NCBI GenBank assembly: GCA_014727975.1 | Contig: WJMK01000040.1 | Coordinates: forward strand, 1 to 61,634 | DNA from: Candidatus Micrarchaeota archaeon | GTDB lineage: Archaea; Micrarchaeota; Micrarchaeia; Anstonellales; Bilamarchaeaceae | Length of the DNA stretch: 61,634 bases | Direction of reading: 5' to 3' | In this document: one piece after another, positions 26,236-35,520 of the stretch | Numbering within the stretch: position 1 is the stretch's first letter | How the letters are laid out: the number at the start of each line of letters is the position of its first letter | Position numbers and translations under genes: made by a program | The notes under the pieces: generated by a model | What the model was told of the DNA's origin: nothing | Databases searched by the model: none | Seen by the model: the letters and a program-made list of their open reading frames with translations, nothing else

Positions 26236-27165
26236 ATGATAAGGGAAGAAGGGAAAAAAAGCAGGTATGCCTTGCATAAGGTTGGGGAAGAGGGGCTTCC
26301 TTCCAACACATACATATTCAATTCCCCCTACTCAAGGGAGATCCTTTACAGCCCGCACCTTGCAGGGATAAGCCTGCAGCGTGCAATGGAAAGGGTAAGC
26401 CCGATTTTCGTGGAAATTGCAACAGAAAAGGCGCTTAAGGGAGAAAAACGCAGAGATGTTGCAGAATTGATTTTGCTTGCTGGGGGACTCTATTACTTCC
26501 TTGCAAAGGGGTTCAGGGACGTGCACGGGTACTCAATCCCCCAGTGCTTCCTGGGGGTGAAAAGGAAACGGGTTGAAGGCACTGAAGGGGATTTTGTGGC
26601 GGTTTCAAGGTATGAAAATTTTGAGTCGCTTCCAGAAGAGGCATGCATAATTATCGGGGATACAATTGCAACCGGCTCCACGCTTGTGGAATCGCTTGGG
26701 AAACTTGAAAACATAATTGAGGCGAAGGGAGGAAGGCTGAAAAAGCTGGTTGTCTGCTCGCTTGCATGCGCAAGTGCGGGCGCGCGGAAGCTGGGGGAGC
26801 TTGAGAAAAAGATAAAGGAAAAAAACCCGGAATTTGAGCTCTGCCTTATTGTGGCTGAGGGGCTGTTCCACCTTATGCCGGACGGAACAGACATGCGTTT
26901 CCTGCACCCTGACTCCATACTGCCGGAATCAACAAGGGAATACACCATTGAAAAATATGGGGAATACCTGGGGAAGAGAATGAAATGTGCGGTATTTGAC
27001 TGGGGGACAAGGTGCAAGAACCCTGCGCAGCATTATGAGGAATTCATGGAATTCCTGGAGGACATTTTGGGGGACCCGGGGCTGGAGGGAAAAGGAAGAA
27101 AGGAAGCAGAGAGAATGAAAAGGGAAGTGGAGCTGGAAACTGCTGAAATGGAAAAAATGCTTTAG
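26236..27165 (+). CDS. Phosphoribosyltransferase (UPRT-like, non-canonical long form)
   Basis: PRPP-binding loop ACIIIGDTIATGSTL. At 309 aa it is longer than canonical Upp. Confidence 0.55.
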   Translation: MIREEGKKSRYALHKVGEEGLPSNTYIFNSPYSREILYSPHLAGISLQRAMERVSPIFVEIATEKALKGEKRRDVAELILLAGGLYYFLAKGFRDVHGYSIPQCFLGVKRKRVEGTEGDFVAVSRYENFESLPEEACIIIGDTIATGSTLVESLGKLENIIEAKGGRLKKLVVCSLACASAGARKLGELEKKIKEKNPEFELCLIVAEGLFHLMPDGTDMRFLHPDSILPESTREYTIEKYGEYLGKRMKCAVFDWGTRCKNPAQHYEEFMEFLEDILGDPGLEGKGRKEAERMKREVELETAEMEKML

Positions 27166-28211
27166 AACATCATTGAGGCAGTTTCCCTAAGTGCAGTTTC
27201 CCCAAGCGCATTCTTTGCAAGGATTACTGCATGCTCCTCTGCTTTTGCTGCGGCCTTGTGCTCCTCTTCTGTTTCCGGGAAGGATTTTCCGGGAATTGCC
27301 CCGATTACTGCAGAAACAAGCCCCGAGTGCACAGGAATCCCTTCCTTTGTGAATTCGTATGCAAGTGCATCTATGGCAATCTGCTCCATTTCTGTGCTTA
27401 TTACGTTATACCTGTCGCGGAGGGCTGCAAAATCGTCCTCGCCCATCTCCGCATAAAGGGAATCCTTGGTGAAATTCGTGCCGCATGCGAACTTTGCCCC
27501 GAGCTCCCTTGCACCTGAGACAAGGGCCGTGCCCATATCTGCAGAAGGGAAAGTGGAGAGGTATTGCCCATCCTCGGTGAACCTGGCAGGGAAATTTGCT
27601 TTTGCTTCTTGCGGCATCGGAATTCCCGTGAAATTCAGCATTCCAAAACTGGACTGGAGAAGTGCACCTACTGAGCCTATTGATTCAGCTGCAATTGCAA
27701 TGTCCCCTATTTCCATTACCGGGGAAGTGCGCTTGTGGCTGTTTACCCCTCCGCAGGTTCCTGCGCGGATTACATGCACTCCGCTGCTGGGGCGCCATTC
27801 TCCGCGAATCTTGTAGCCTTCAGGCCGGGCATGGTATAGCAGTTCTTTCATGTTGATTTGGGCTGCGGGGCAACCCATCTGGGATTCCGCAACCATCAGG
27901 GGAAAGAGGAGTCCCTTGTGCTCCGCGGTTCCTATGCAGATGCAGACGCGTCCGTAATCTGCAATGCTGAATTTCTGCTTTGCAGCATCATCTATAAAAC
28001 TGTGGGACTTCATGCCGAGCGTAAAGGGAGACTGAAGAACCCTGGCCCTGCTCCCCACCGAGATTATGAATGGCGGCACCATGCCCTTATTGTCGCGCAA
28101 AAAGGGGATCTCCTTCCATTTATTGAATTTCTGGAGGTGGCCCACTGCAGTGTGCACCCCGAGAGGCTTCAGCTTTTCCTTTGCCTGGAGCATTTTTGGT
28201 TGGCTGGACAT
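27162..28211 (-). CDS. PNP/UDP-family nucleoside phosphorylase (uridine phosphorylase-like)
   Basis: VIRAGTCGG and ISTEMEQIAI motifs characteristic of the PNP_UDP_1 family. Confidence 0.7.
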   Translation of the reverse strand: MSSQPKMLQAKEKLKPLGVHTAVGHLQKFNKWKEIPFLRDNKGMVPPFIISVGSRARVLQSPFTLGMKSHSFIDDAAKQKFSIADYGRVCICIGTAEHKGLLFPLMVAESQMGCPAAQINMKELLYHARPEGYKIRGEWRPSSGVHVIRAGTCGGVNSHKRTSPVMEIGDIAIAAESIGSVGALLQSSFGMLNFTGIPMPQEAKANFPARFTEDGQYLSTFPSADMGTALVSGARELGAKFACGTNFTKDSLYAEMGEDDFAALRDRYNVISTEMEQIAIDALAYEFTKEGIPVHSGLVSAVIGAIPGKSFPETEEEHKAAAKAEEHAVILAKNALGETALRETASMMF

Positions 28212-28257
28212 TAAGGATAATATGTGATAAGAAAAGGATAAAAAGGGGTGTTCCTGC

Positions 28258-28626
28258 CTAAAGCGGGACCTTCATCTGCTTGCGGTCTATCTGGCGCCCA
28301 ATCGAACGCGGGTCAGCACCAGCCTTTACGAGGCGAAGTACTGAATTCCTGTCTTTTCTGCAGAAAGCATCCCAGAGCTCAGTGTTCAGGACGAGCTGTG
28401 TGCCATCGTGCTTAGGCGGGCGGAGAGGGACATGGTTTTCAAGGAGTTCCTTTCCCCACCTGGCAAGGCGCATCCTCATGCTGTTGATTTCCAGTATCTG
28501 CCTTCGTGTATTTTCCTTTCCTACTGGTGCCTGCTTCATTGGGTTCACCTTAGTTGTGGAATTGAGTGGTAAAGGGTTTAAAAACGTTGGGGAGGTCACC
28601 CTGCATGCAGCCTTTAGGATTGACAT
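28258..28626 (-). CDS. Hypothetical protein with single ankyrin-like remnant
   Basis: The ATG lies about 25 nt from a palindromic TATA element. The C-terminal RNSVLRLVKAGADPRS looks like one ankyrin half-repeat. Confidence 0.4.
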   Translation of the reverse strand: MSILKAACRVTSPTFLNPLPLNSTTKVNPMKQAPVGKENTRRQILEINSMRMRLARWGKELLENHVPLRPPKHDGTQLVLNTELWDAFCRKDRNSVLRLVKAGADPRSIGRQIDRKQMKVPL

Positions 28627-28643
28627 GTTTTTCCAGAAACAAA

Positions 28644-28664
28644 CATTTATAAATATTTATAGAG
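28644..28664. promoter_or_regulatory. Palindromic double TATA element shared by divergent genes
   Basis: catttataaatatttatagag lies about 20-30 nt from both the ATG at 28626 (-) and the ATG at 28685 (+). Confidence 0.5.
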
Positions 28665-28684
28665 TATGTTAATTTGTGAATTAT

Positions 28685-30412
28685 ATGGGCGCTGCACAGG
28701 AGAAAAAACTGAGGACATTAAGGAAAGGGATGCTGGATGAGCTAAAGGCAAAAAAGGCATCCGCTGTAAAAAGCATGGAGGCCGAATTCGGAAGGGAATT
28801 CGCAAGGCTCATGGCCGAAGGAAAGGAGGGAGATGCAGGCAAGTTCGTGGAAATGATGAAGAAAAGGACGGAACAGAAAAAATCCGGGCTTGCAAGGGAA
28901 ATCGTAAAATCAAATTCAGAAAAACTCTCAAATCTGCTTAAACCGGGGAAAGACCCGGAGCCGGACCCGGTGGTAAGGGCGGTTTCTGTGCTCTCTGAAA
29001 GCCAGATGTATGAGGAAGGGGAAGTTGAGAGGGCAGAAAAATACCTCAGGGAAAACCTTACGAGGCAGGAGCTGAGCGAGATGGCCTGCCTTGATGACAG
29101 GACAATGCTCAGGGCATGGGTGCTGCTTGGGGGAAAAATGGAAGAGCCAATGGCAAAACTAGAAAGGAGGTGCCTTACGGAAGCAACGCCCGGGAGAAAA
29201 GCAGAAGAAGGCCCTGAAGATGCACGGGGCCTTGCCTCAATAAACAAGGAGTTCGCCCTCAATAGGCTAATTGAATTCATGGAAAGAAACGAGCTGGACA
29301 GCAGGGCGAATGTCAGGGAAGCGCTTTTGCTTGCGCAAAAGGCAGGGATTGAAGACTCTACCACCCTTAACTATGCATTCAAGAGGCTATACACAATAGC
29401 AACAAGGGAACACAAGGAACTCCACAAGGAGTTCTTCCCGCACAGGAGGGGCCCATCGCTAAATGAATGGGTAGAAGAAAATTTCTCCACCCCTGAAAAA
29501 ATAAGGTCAGTGCTGAAAAAATACAATGCAAAAAGCAGGCTGGAATTTTTCTGCTTTGTGCCGCGCGCAGGGAGGGTTTATGCAAGCAATTCAACTGACA
29601 GGGAGATGGTTAATGCAGTGCTCTCTGAACTCGGGGAAAGACCCGGAAAGAAAGAGGGCGCGCCTGAAAGCATGCCTGCTCCGGACCCGGTTGAAATTGT
29701 GAAAGCGCTGCTGGAGATGATGGAATTCAGCAGGATGGATGCAAAAAAAGTGCTCGGCAAAGTAATAGGGTTCTACAACCTTGAGCCTGTGCGCGCTGAT
29801 GATGCAGGATGGGTACAGAGGCTGGAAAACGCCACAATAGAATATATCTGCGAGCTTGAGATAAAACAGGAGAAGGAAAAAAGGGCAGAGCGGGCCGCTG
29901 AAAAAGCAAATAGGGAAGAGGAAAAAAGGAAGAAAGCGGAAGCAGCTGCAGAGCGGGCAAGGAAAGCAGGGAAAAGGCATGCCCTCAGAAAAAAGAAGAA
30001 GGCAGAGAAGAAAAAGAAGGCGGCCAAGAGCATTGATATCCGCGGGATAACTGCGGAAACACGCATGGTGAGAAAGCTTGCAGCAGAAGAAGGGATTAAG
30101 GAAGCTGAAGTGGTTGAGCACCTCCATGCAATTGTTGCAGGCTTCAAATTCCTTGGGGAAGGCATAATCGGAAGCGGGATTAACCGCACCCTCGTGGAAA
30201 AAAACATACGGGGGGCAATCTCTGACAACAGCGGAAAGACACGCAAAATACTGGGCCTGCTGGAAAAGCGGGGGGTTGCAGTATCTGTTTCAAAATCAGG
30301 GAAAAGGCAGGTCTCGCTTGAGCCCTCCCCTGATAAGATGAGCGGGACATGGGAGCACCTGATGAGGGATTTCTATTCACAGAGGGTGCAGATTATTGCA
30401 AGGGGCTCATAA
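28685..30412 (+). CDS. Large hypothetical protein with Lys/Glu coiled-coil and C-terminal winged-helix-like domain (paralogue of 47608..49128 C-terminus)
   Basis: 575 aa. Contains a KEKRAERAAEKANREEEKRKKAEAAAERARKAGKRHALRKKKKAEKKKK stretch. The C-terminal block AIVAGFKFL...ILGLLEKRGVAVSVSKSGKRQVSL aligns with the second protein. Confidence 0.5.
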   Translation: MGAAQEKKLRTLRKGMLDELKAKKASAVKSMEAEFGREFARLMAEGKEGDAGKFVEMMKKRTEQKKSGLAREIVKSNSEKLSNLLKPGKDPEPDPVVRAVSVLSESQMYEEGEVERAEKYLRENLTRQELSEMACLDDRTMLRAWVLLGGKMEEPMAKLERRCLTEATPGRKAEEGPEDARGLASINKEFALNRLIEFMERNELDSRANVREALLLAQKAGIEDSTTLNYAFKRLYTIATREHKELHKEFFPHRRGPSLNEWVEENFSTPEKIRSVLKKYNAKSRLEFFCFVPRAGRVYASNSTDREMVNAVLSELGERPGKKEGAPESMPAPDPVEIVKALLEMMEFSRMDAKKVLGKVIGFYNLEPVRADDAGWVQRLENATIEYICELEIKQEKEKRAERAAEKANREEEKRKKAEAAAERARKAGKRHALRKKKKAEKKKKAAKSIDIRGITAETRMVRKLAAEEGIKEAEVVEHLHAIVAGFKFLGEGIIGSGINRTLVEKNIRGAISDNSGKTRKILGLLEKRGVAVSVSKSGKRQVSLEPSPDKMSGTWEHLMRDFYSQRVQIIARGS

Positions 30413-30570
30413 AGAAGCAATGGGGCACAGTAGCGGAAACACCGGAAAGGCCCCCCTTCCTTTTCTTTATAAATGCAAAAATCTGCATTAGTACGAGGTT
30501 GATTGCATGGAATGGTCCTGGGAAAAGGAACTGGAATAAGTGGGTAAATCCTTTAACTTTGGGAGGCCAT

Positions 30571-30605
30571 GCTTCCAGAGCGCCTGCGGGATAAGCTCTG
30601 GAAGC
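30571..30605. terminator. Perfect 11-bp inverted repeat between convergent genes
   Basis: gcttccagagc (30571-30581) pairs with gctctggaagc (30595-30605) around a 13-nt loop. The repeat lies 10 nt beyond the stop of 30615..31499 (-). Confidence 0.4.
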
Positions 30606-30614
30606 GTGGAAGAG

Positions 30615-31499
30615 TTATCTTTTTGCTTCAAAAACTCCACAGATTCTTAATTTTGGGCTCCCCGGGTCCGCAATAAGCAGCCTTTCCGAATCCTTAAATG
30701 CGATGGGCTTATCCAGAAGCAACCCCGGGCCGGAGATTGAGCCCTCTACAAACTGGAGGTTGGAATATGCATGGATTTTCTTGGGGAGTTCTCCTTTATA
30801 GAAGGGGGATTTGGAAAAGCTGCCGGGGACCTTTTCGCTTAAGGTGAAGGAGTTGGAGGGGGAAACCAGGATTCCGCGGTCTATTGGGTCGCCCTTGTAG
30901 CAGATTCCATACCTCCCCCCTGCGGAAACCTCTTCCACATCCTTGTCATTCAATTGGATGGACTTGATTTCGATTTCTTTTTTGGAGGGGAGGTGGAGGA
31001 GCCTGGCCCGCTTCTTTATGGAGCCGGATTTTACTGTGCCCAGGATTACATTGCCTACGCTCTTTACCTGGAAATAGCTGTCCACCAGGGAAAAGGACTC
31101 TGCTTTGGGCCACTCGGGCTGGAGGGAGAGGAGCTTTTGCTTTGCCTCTTCCTGGGAGGAGAGGGATTCGTAGTTTTCCAAAACCGTTCCCTTGAGCGGG
31201 AGCGCAGAATTGGAGAGGATTAACCCCTTTTCTTTTTTTAGGGAATCAAGCGCAACAATTATCTCCCCTGCCTGGGGGGTGAGGTCCTCAATAAGGAGCA
31301 CAACATAATCTGCAATTGAGAGGGAATAAAGGAGAGGCTGCAGCTTGTCCGGATACAGGGTGGGCTCAAGGAGCGTGCGGATTGTGCCCTGGAAATTGGA
31401 GGAGTAAAAAGTAATGTCCCCACTGCCTGTTTCCTTCCCGATGGATTTGCAGAACTGCTTTCTTGTTTCCGGGCTGTCTGAAAGAACTGCTAAGAACAT
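30615..31499 (-). CDS. EF-Tu/SelB-like protein with degenerate G domain
   Basis: Domain-2 beta-barrel block: VKSVGNVILGTVKSGSIKKRARLLHLPSKKEIEIKSIQLNDKDVEEVSAGGRYGI. No GxxxxGK(S/T) P-loop is visible in the N-terminal half. Confidence 0.5.
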   Translation of the reverse strand: MFLAVLSDSPETRKQFCKSIGKETGSGDITFYSSNFQGTIRTLLEPTLYPDKLQPLLYSLSIADYVVLLIEDLTPQAGEIIVALDSLKKEKGLILSNSALPLKGTVLENYESLSSQEEAKQKLLSLQPEWPKAESFSLVDSYFQVKSVGNVILGTVKSGSIKKRARLLHLPSKKEIEIKSIQLNDKDVEEVSAGGRYGICYKGDPIDRGILVSPSNSFTLSEKVPGSFSKSPFYKGELPKKIHAYSNLQFVEGSISGPGLLLDKPIAFKDSERLLIADPGSPKLRICGVFEAKR

Positions 31500-31540
31500 T
31501 TTAACCAGCGGGAATTGGAGTATGAAAAAATAAAAAGGGG

Positions 31541-32632
31541 CTACTTGGCCCGGTGCAGGTATTCTGCAACGTCCCTGTGCCCCTCAAGCTCAGCATAATC
31601 CTTCGCATTTTTCCTGTATTTGTCCCTTAGCCTCGGGTTTGCGCCTGCCTTGTGCAGCTCCTTTACTGCTTCAAGGTGGCCCTCCCATGCGGCAAGCATA
31701 ATTGCAGTGCGGTTTTCTTTGTTCCTTGCATTAAGCGCAGGCTTGTTTTTTCCCTTTAGCTTAAGCAGTACCCTCATGCATTTAAGGTGCCCGCACTCTG
31801 CGCAGGCCATAAGCATATTTTCCCCTTTGCTGTCCCTGCGGTCGACATTGCGCATGTACTTTACAAGTTCCTTAAGGAGGCTTATCCTGCCCCTTTCAGC
31901 AACAAACATGAAAAACGGGCGGCCGAACTCGTCCTTGAGGCCTACTGGTGCCCCATGCTCCAGCATTGCGCAGACACTTGAAACAGGCCCGGAAACTGCA
32001 GCTTTGAAAAGGGCTTTCTTTATTGTTCTCTTCCCTTCTGCATCTGCCTGGGCCCATTCCCTGAAAATGGCCGGGGCTGTGGGCTGGCGCGGGGCAGGCT
32101 TTTGGCCGCTTTCTGCCTTTGGCCTGTTGCCCGGGGAAGAGGGACTTTTTGGGGTAAACGCTGAAGGGGTATGCGGAGTGTTTTTCTCATTTGGGCTGCG
32201 GGCAGTGCTTCCGCGGGCAGCAGCAGGTTTTTTGAGGGGTGCACTTTTCCGGGGGGCAGGGGAATGCTCTGCAGGCTTTTGCCCCAGTGTAGATTCGCAG
32301 TGCGCCCTCCATGCGCTGCCTCCATTTCTCCTTACTTCCTGGTGGTAATGGGGAATGCCCATCTCCTCCCAGAGGTCCGGGTTTTTGCGCAGGTGCTCTT
32401 TGAGCTCTTTTGGCGCAAAGCGCCCGAATTCTGTGCGCGTGGTTATCTTTTTCTTTGAGATTAGTTCCCTGCACAAGCCAACAAGCTGTTCCCTTGGGCC
32501 CTGTATCATCCTGCCTATGTCCACTTCCGATAAGGGGTTTGCATATTTTGCCGGAAGCCTCTTTCTCCTGGCTGCCCCCTTCTGGAGCCCTGGCCGGGTT
32601 TCCTTTGCCGGCTTACGAAGTTTGTTTTGCAT
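31541..32632 (-). CDS. Ankyrin-repeat protein with long basic N-terminal region
   Basis: At least 3 C-terminal ankyrin repeats (ENMLMACAECGHLKCMRVLL; RTAIMLAAWEGHLEAVKELHKAGANP). The N-terminus is Lys/Arg/Pro-rich. Confidence 0.8.
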   Translation of the reverse strand: MQNKLRKPAKETRPGLQKGAARRKRLPAKYANPLSEVDIGRMIQGPREQLVGLCRELISKKKITTRTEFGRFAPKELKEHLRKNPDLWEEMGIPHYHQEVRRNGGSAWRAHCESTLGQKPAEHSPAPRKSAPLKKPAAARGSTARSPNEKNTPHTPSAFTPKSPSSPGNRPKAESGQKPAPRQPTAPAIFREWAQADAEGKRTIKKALFKAAVSGPVSSVCAMLEHGAPVGLKDEFGRPFFMFVAERGRISLLKELVKYMRNVDRRDSKGENMLMACAECGHLKCMRVLLKLKGKNKPALNARNKENRTAIMLAAWEGHLEAVKELHKAGANPRLRDKYRKNAKDYAELEGHRDVAEYLHRAK

Positions 32633-32718
32633 GAGTACACCTGTAGAATTGTATAATACTAGTAGATTATGGGAAGGAGTGTTTAAAAAAGGTTTGAATT
32701 TCTGGGAGAATGTAGGAA

Positions 32719-33561
32719 TTAACCCGGAAAAACCCTTTTGCGTGGAGACTCTACATGCTCCAGGTAATCCTTCCTTGTTGCTGACCTGAAATCCATGACT
32801 CTGCGGCTGCAGGCAAGTGGGGCAAGGAGGCGGGAAAGCCCTTTAATCTGGTCAAAATGGAATGCATCAATTATCCAAAGCTTGAATCCAAAATCAAAGG
32901 GAATTTCGGAAACTGCATCAAAAGACTCAAGCTCCCTCCTTGTTTTGGCAATGAGCCTGCTCCGCATATAATCTGTGCCTTCAAGGAGGGTTGCTGCAAA
33001 CACAAGCCCTGGGCCGTGCCTGGGCTCGCAATAGATTGTTTTTCCTGCCCTCCTTACCGTTGCCCTGAGGCCAGGATATCTTCTGGAAAAAACAACCTTT
33101 GGCAGGTCAGCTTCAGGGGGCAGGAGAAGCCGTGAAAAAACAAAATCATGCATGCGCTTCATGGGCTCCGGGTTTCTTGAGTGGGCGGCTTCGGACAGTG
33201 CAATCAGCTCCCTGTTGCGGACCTGTTCCCTCAGCTGGAGGTATTTTCCAAGAGTTTCCACATCAGGGAGGGCGATCCTGGAATAATTGCTCATTCCTCC
33301 CTCCATCACGACCTCCTTTCTCCCAAAATCAAAATTGAGCAGGATTGAGATTCCGCGCTTCCCGTACCTCTCGTATTTTCCCAGGTCAACCCTCGCAGAA
33401 AAAATCTTTTTGAGGGCTTCCGGGCCAATGCCTAGCCTCTTTGCAGCTTCCTCCGTGGTGATGCGGGGAGTATTGTGCCCTATAAGCGGGCTGCGGAACC
33501 CATATCCCTGGCGGGGGCGGGAAAAGCCACGCCTTCTCCTGGTTTTTTGGTGCAGGGCCAT
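32719..33561 (-). CDS. Hypothetical protein with basic N-terminus and HTH-like segment
   Basis: RRRRGFSRPRQGYGFRS followed by ITTEEAAKRLGIGPEALKKIF. The rest is unrecognised. Confidence 0.4.
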   Translation of the reverse strand: MALHQKTRRRRGFSRPRQGYGFRSPLIGHNTPRITTEEAAKRLGIGPEALKKIFSARVDLGKYERYGKRGISILLNFDFGRKEVVMEGGMSNYSRIALPDVETLGKYLQLREQVRNRELIALSEAAHSRNPEPMKRMHDFVFSRLLLPPEADLPKVVFSRRYPGLRATVRRAGKTIYCEPRHGPGLVFAATLLEGTDYMRSRLIAKTRRELESFDAVSEIPFDFGFKLWIIDAFHFDQIKGLSRLLAPLACSRRVMDFRSATRKDYLEHVESPRKRVFPG

Positions 33562-33614
33562 GGAAGGAATGTGTTAATAAAGGAATTTAAAGGGTTCTTA
33601 CATATAATAACACT

Positions 33615-33971
33615 ATGGTAGTTAGAGGAGGACTCAGGATACTCATGATGCCCGCAGCATCCCTTCCGGCTCCCCGCAAAATTGCAAGATTTGCAGCAAG
33701 GGAAGCTGCAAGGAGCGCAACACTCCCCATAATTGTTGGGAAGGTGGTGCTGAGCGAGGGGATTGCAATCGCAAAGGAAGTGAAAAGGCGCAGGGAAAAA
33801 AGGAAAGCAGAAACAGAGATGAGGAAGGAAGCAAAAATGAAAGGGGAGCTTATTGAGCTCAGCGAAAGGCTGGAGCGCAGGAAAACCTCGCATGGGGCCA
33901 GGGGAAGGGTAATCCAGGATGCAAGCCCGTGGTTTGATGGGTGCGGAAGGATAAGGTATCCGCTTGACTAG
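33615..33971 (+). CDS. Hypothetical basic protein
   Basis: 118-aa ORF with a Lys/Arg/Glu-rich helix. No motif found. Confidence 0.3.
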   Translation: MVVRGGLRILMMPAASLPAPRKIARFAAREAARSATLPIIVGKVVLSEGIAIAKEVKRRREKRKAETEMRKEAKMKGELIELSERLERRKTSHGARGRVIQDASPWFDGCGRIRYPLD

Positions 33972-34019
33972 GGCCATAATGGGGAAAACGCTTAAAAAAT
34001 TGCTTCCTGAAATTGGGGC

Positions 34020-35516
34020 ATGAAAGCAAAATTATTGCTCTTTGGACTGTTCGCTTGTTTTCTAGCCTGGGGCGCGCAGGATGCTACTGAATGTGAACTG
34101 GATGAGGAAAGCTGCACTTTTACCATTACCCTGAATATTGCTTTTGATTCGGGTGCAGACGATACTTATATCTACAATGCAAAAACAGAGATTGAGGATT
34201 TCTGGAACAATCTGGGAGGGGACCAGCCCACTGTTGGGGAATGCAAATGCACAGTGAAGTTTGTGGTGAACACAAAAAAGGTGCAGGACTGCGACCAGGA
34301 AGCATCCACTGAATGGCATTGCATAAAAGTGACTTCCTATTCAACTGCTCCCCCTAAGGACACCCGCGGGGAGAAATACATGGGCTACATGTACCCCCCT
34401 GGAATAAGCACCGGGCAGAACCTCACAGGATGGTGGTCAGACCAGATGAGCAGGCCTGCGCCAGGGGGCGGAAACTACCTTGATTTTGCGCATGAAGCAG
34501 GGCACATGATGGGCCTGGAAGACGGGGACGGGGGGATAATGACCAACACTACTCCGGGGAAAGCGGTCCAGACACAGGGGCTTATTGATGAAATTGTAAG
34601 GGACACCTGCAAGAAAGAGTGCCCTGACAGGTGCTGCTGCGGAAACGGAGAAGTGGAAAACGACAAGGGAGAGGGATGTGACCCTGTTGCAACCCCGACC
34701 GGCTGCGGCAGCGGGGACTACTGCTGCCCATACTGCTGCAACTGCTACGGAAAGCAGTGCGACCCGCAGGCAGGCGAGTATGCAACTAAAGCAGGATGCG
34801 ATGCAGGCTGCAAGCCCCAAAACCCCGGGGAAACGGTGCAGTGTGTATATAGCTACTGGACAGGTTGCTGGTTCTGCATACCCACAGGATGGGAATCACT
34901 TTACCCAGAAACAGACCCGGACAAGATAAGGGAGGCAGGAAAAGCAAATCATGATTCCGAGGGGCATTCAAAAGAAGAGCCTTCGGCCCAGCCGTCCACC
35001 TCCACAAAGCCAAGGGTGGGCGAGGAATCCGTTCTTGACCTTTCCCAGGGCCTTGCATCCCTTCCAATGCTTTCAGGGATTATGGGGAACGAGAGGATTA
35101 ATTTCTACATAGAGGGGCTTGGGGAATACCATGCGGCCCTGCAGGGCGGGGTTGTTGTGGAAGGAGGAGAAGGGCTCCAGGAAAACCCGACCATGAATGT
35201 GTTTTCTGATGAGCAGACTGTGGAGATGCTCTATTATGGGGACTTTGGGCACCTGGAAGCGCTCAAAAGGGAACTAATAACCTACGAAGGGGTGGGGCTT
35301 GTAGAAGGAGTGAAGTTCTGGGCAGGCGATTTCCTTTTTGACACGCTTGTTCCGTATGATGGGCCCGGGCCAAATGATACTCCTGAATACGTGATGCAGG
35401 AAGACCTGGACTGCGGTGCAGGGGAATGTGACTGGGAATACCGCGGGGTTCCGGAACAGGAGCCTTTTGAAGGGAGGCCTCCCCTGGGTCCGGGGAAGCA
35501 GGGCACACGGACGTAA
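34020..35516 (+). CDS. Secreted Cys-rich zinc metalloprotease (HExxHxxGxxD, snapalysin-like signature)
   Basis: Signal peptide and FAHEAGHMMGLEDGDGG, followed by a Cys-dense block (CPDRCCCGNG...CCPYCCNCYGKQC). Confidence 0.55.
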   Translation: MKAKLLLFGLFACFLAWGAQDATECELDEESCTFTITLNIAFDSGADDTYIYNAKTEIEDFWNNLGGDQPTVGECKCTVKFVVNTKKVQDCDQEASTEWHCIKVTSYSTAPPKDTRGEKYMGYMYPPGISTGQNLTGWWSDQMSRPAPGGGNYLDFAHEAGHMMGLEDGDGGIMTNTTPGKAVQTQGLIDEIVRDTCKKECPDRCCCGNGEVENDKGEGCDPVATPTGCGSGDYCCPYCCNCYGKQCDPQAGEYATKAGCDAGCKPQNPGETVQCVYSYWTGCWFCIPTGWESLYPETDPDKIREAGKANHDSEGHSKEEPSAQPSTSTKPRVGEESVLDLSQGLASLPMLSGIMGNERINFYIEGLGEYHAALQGGVVVEGGEGLQENPTMNVFSDEQTVEMLYYGDFGHLEALKRELITYEGVGLVEGVKFWAGDFLFDTLVPYDGPGPNDTPEYVMQEDLDCGAGECDWEYRGVPEQEPFEGRPPLGPGKQGTRT

Positions 35517-35520
35517 ATCC

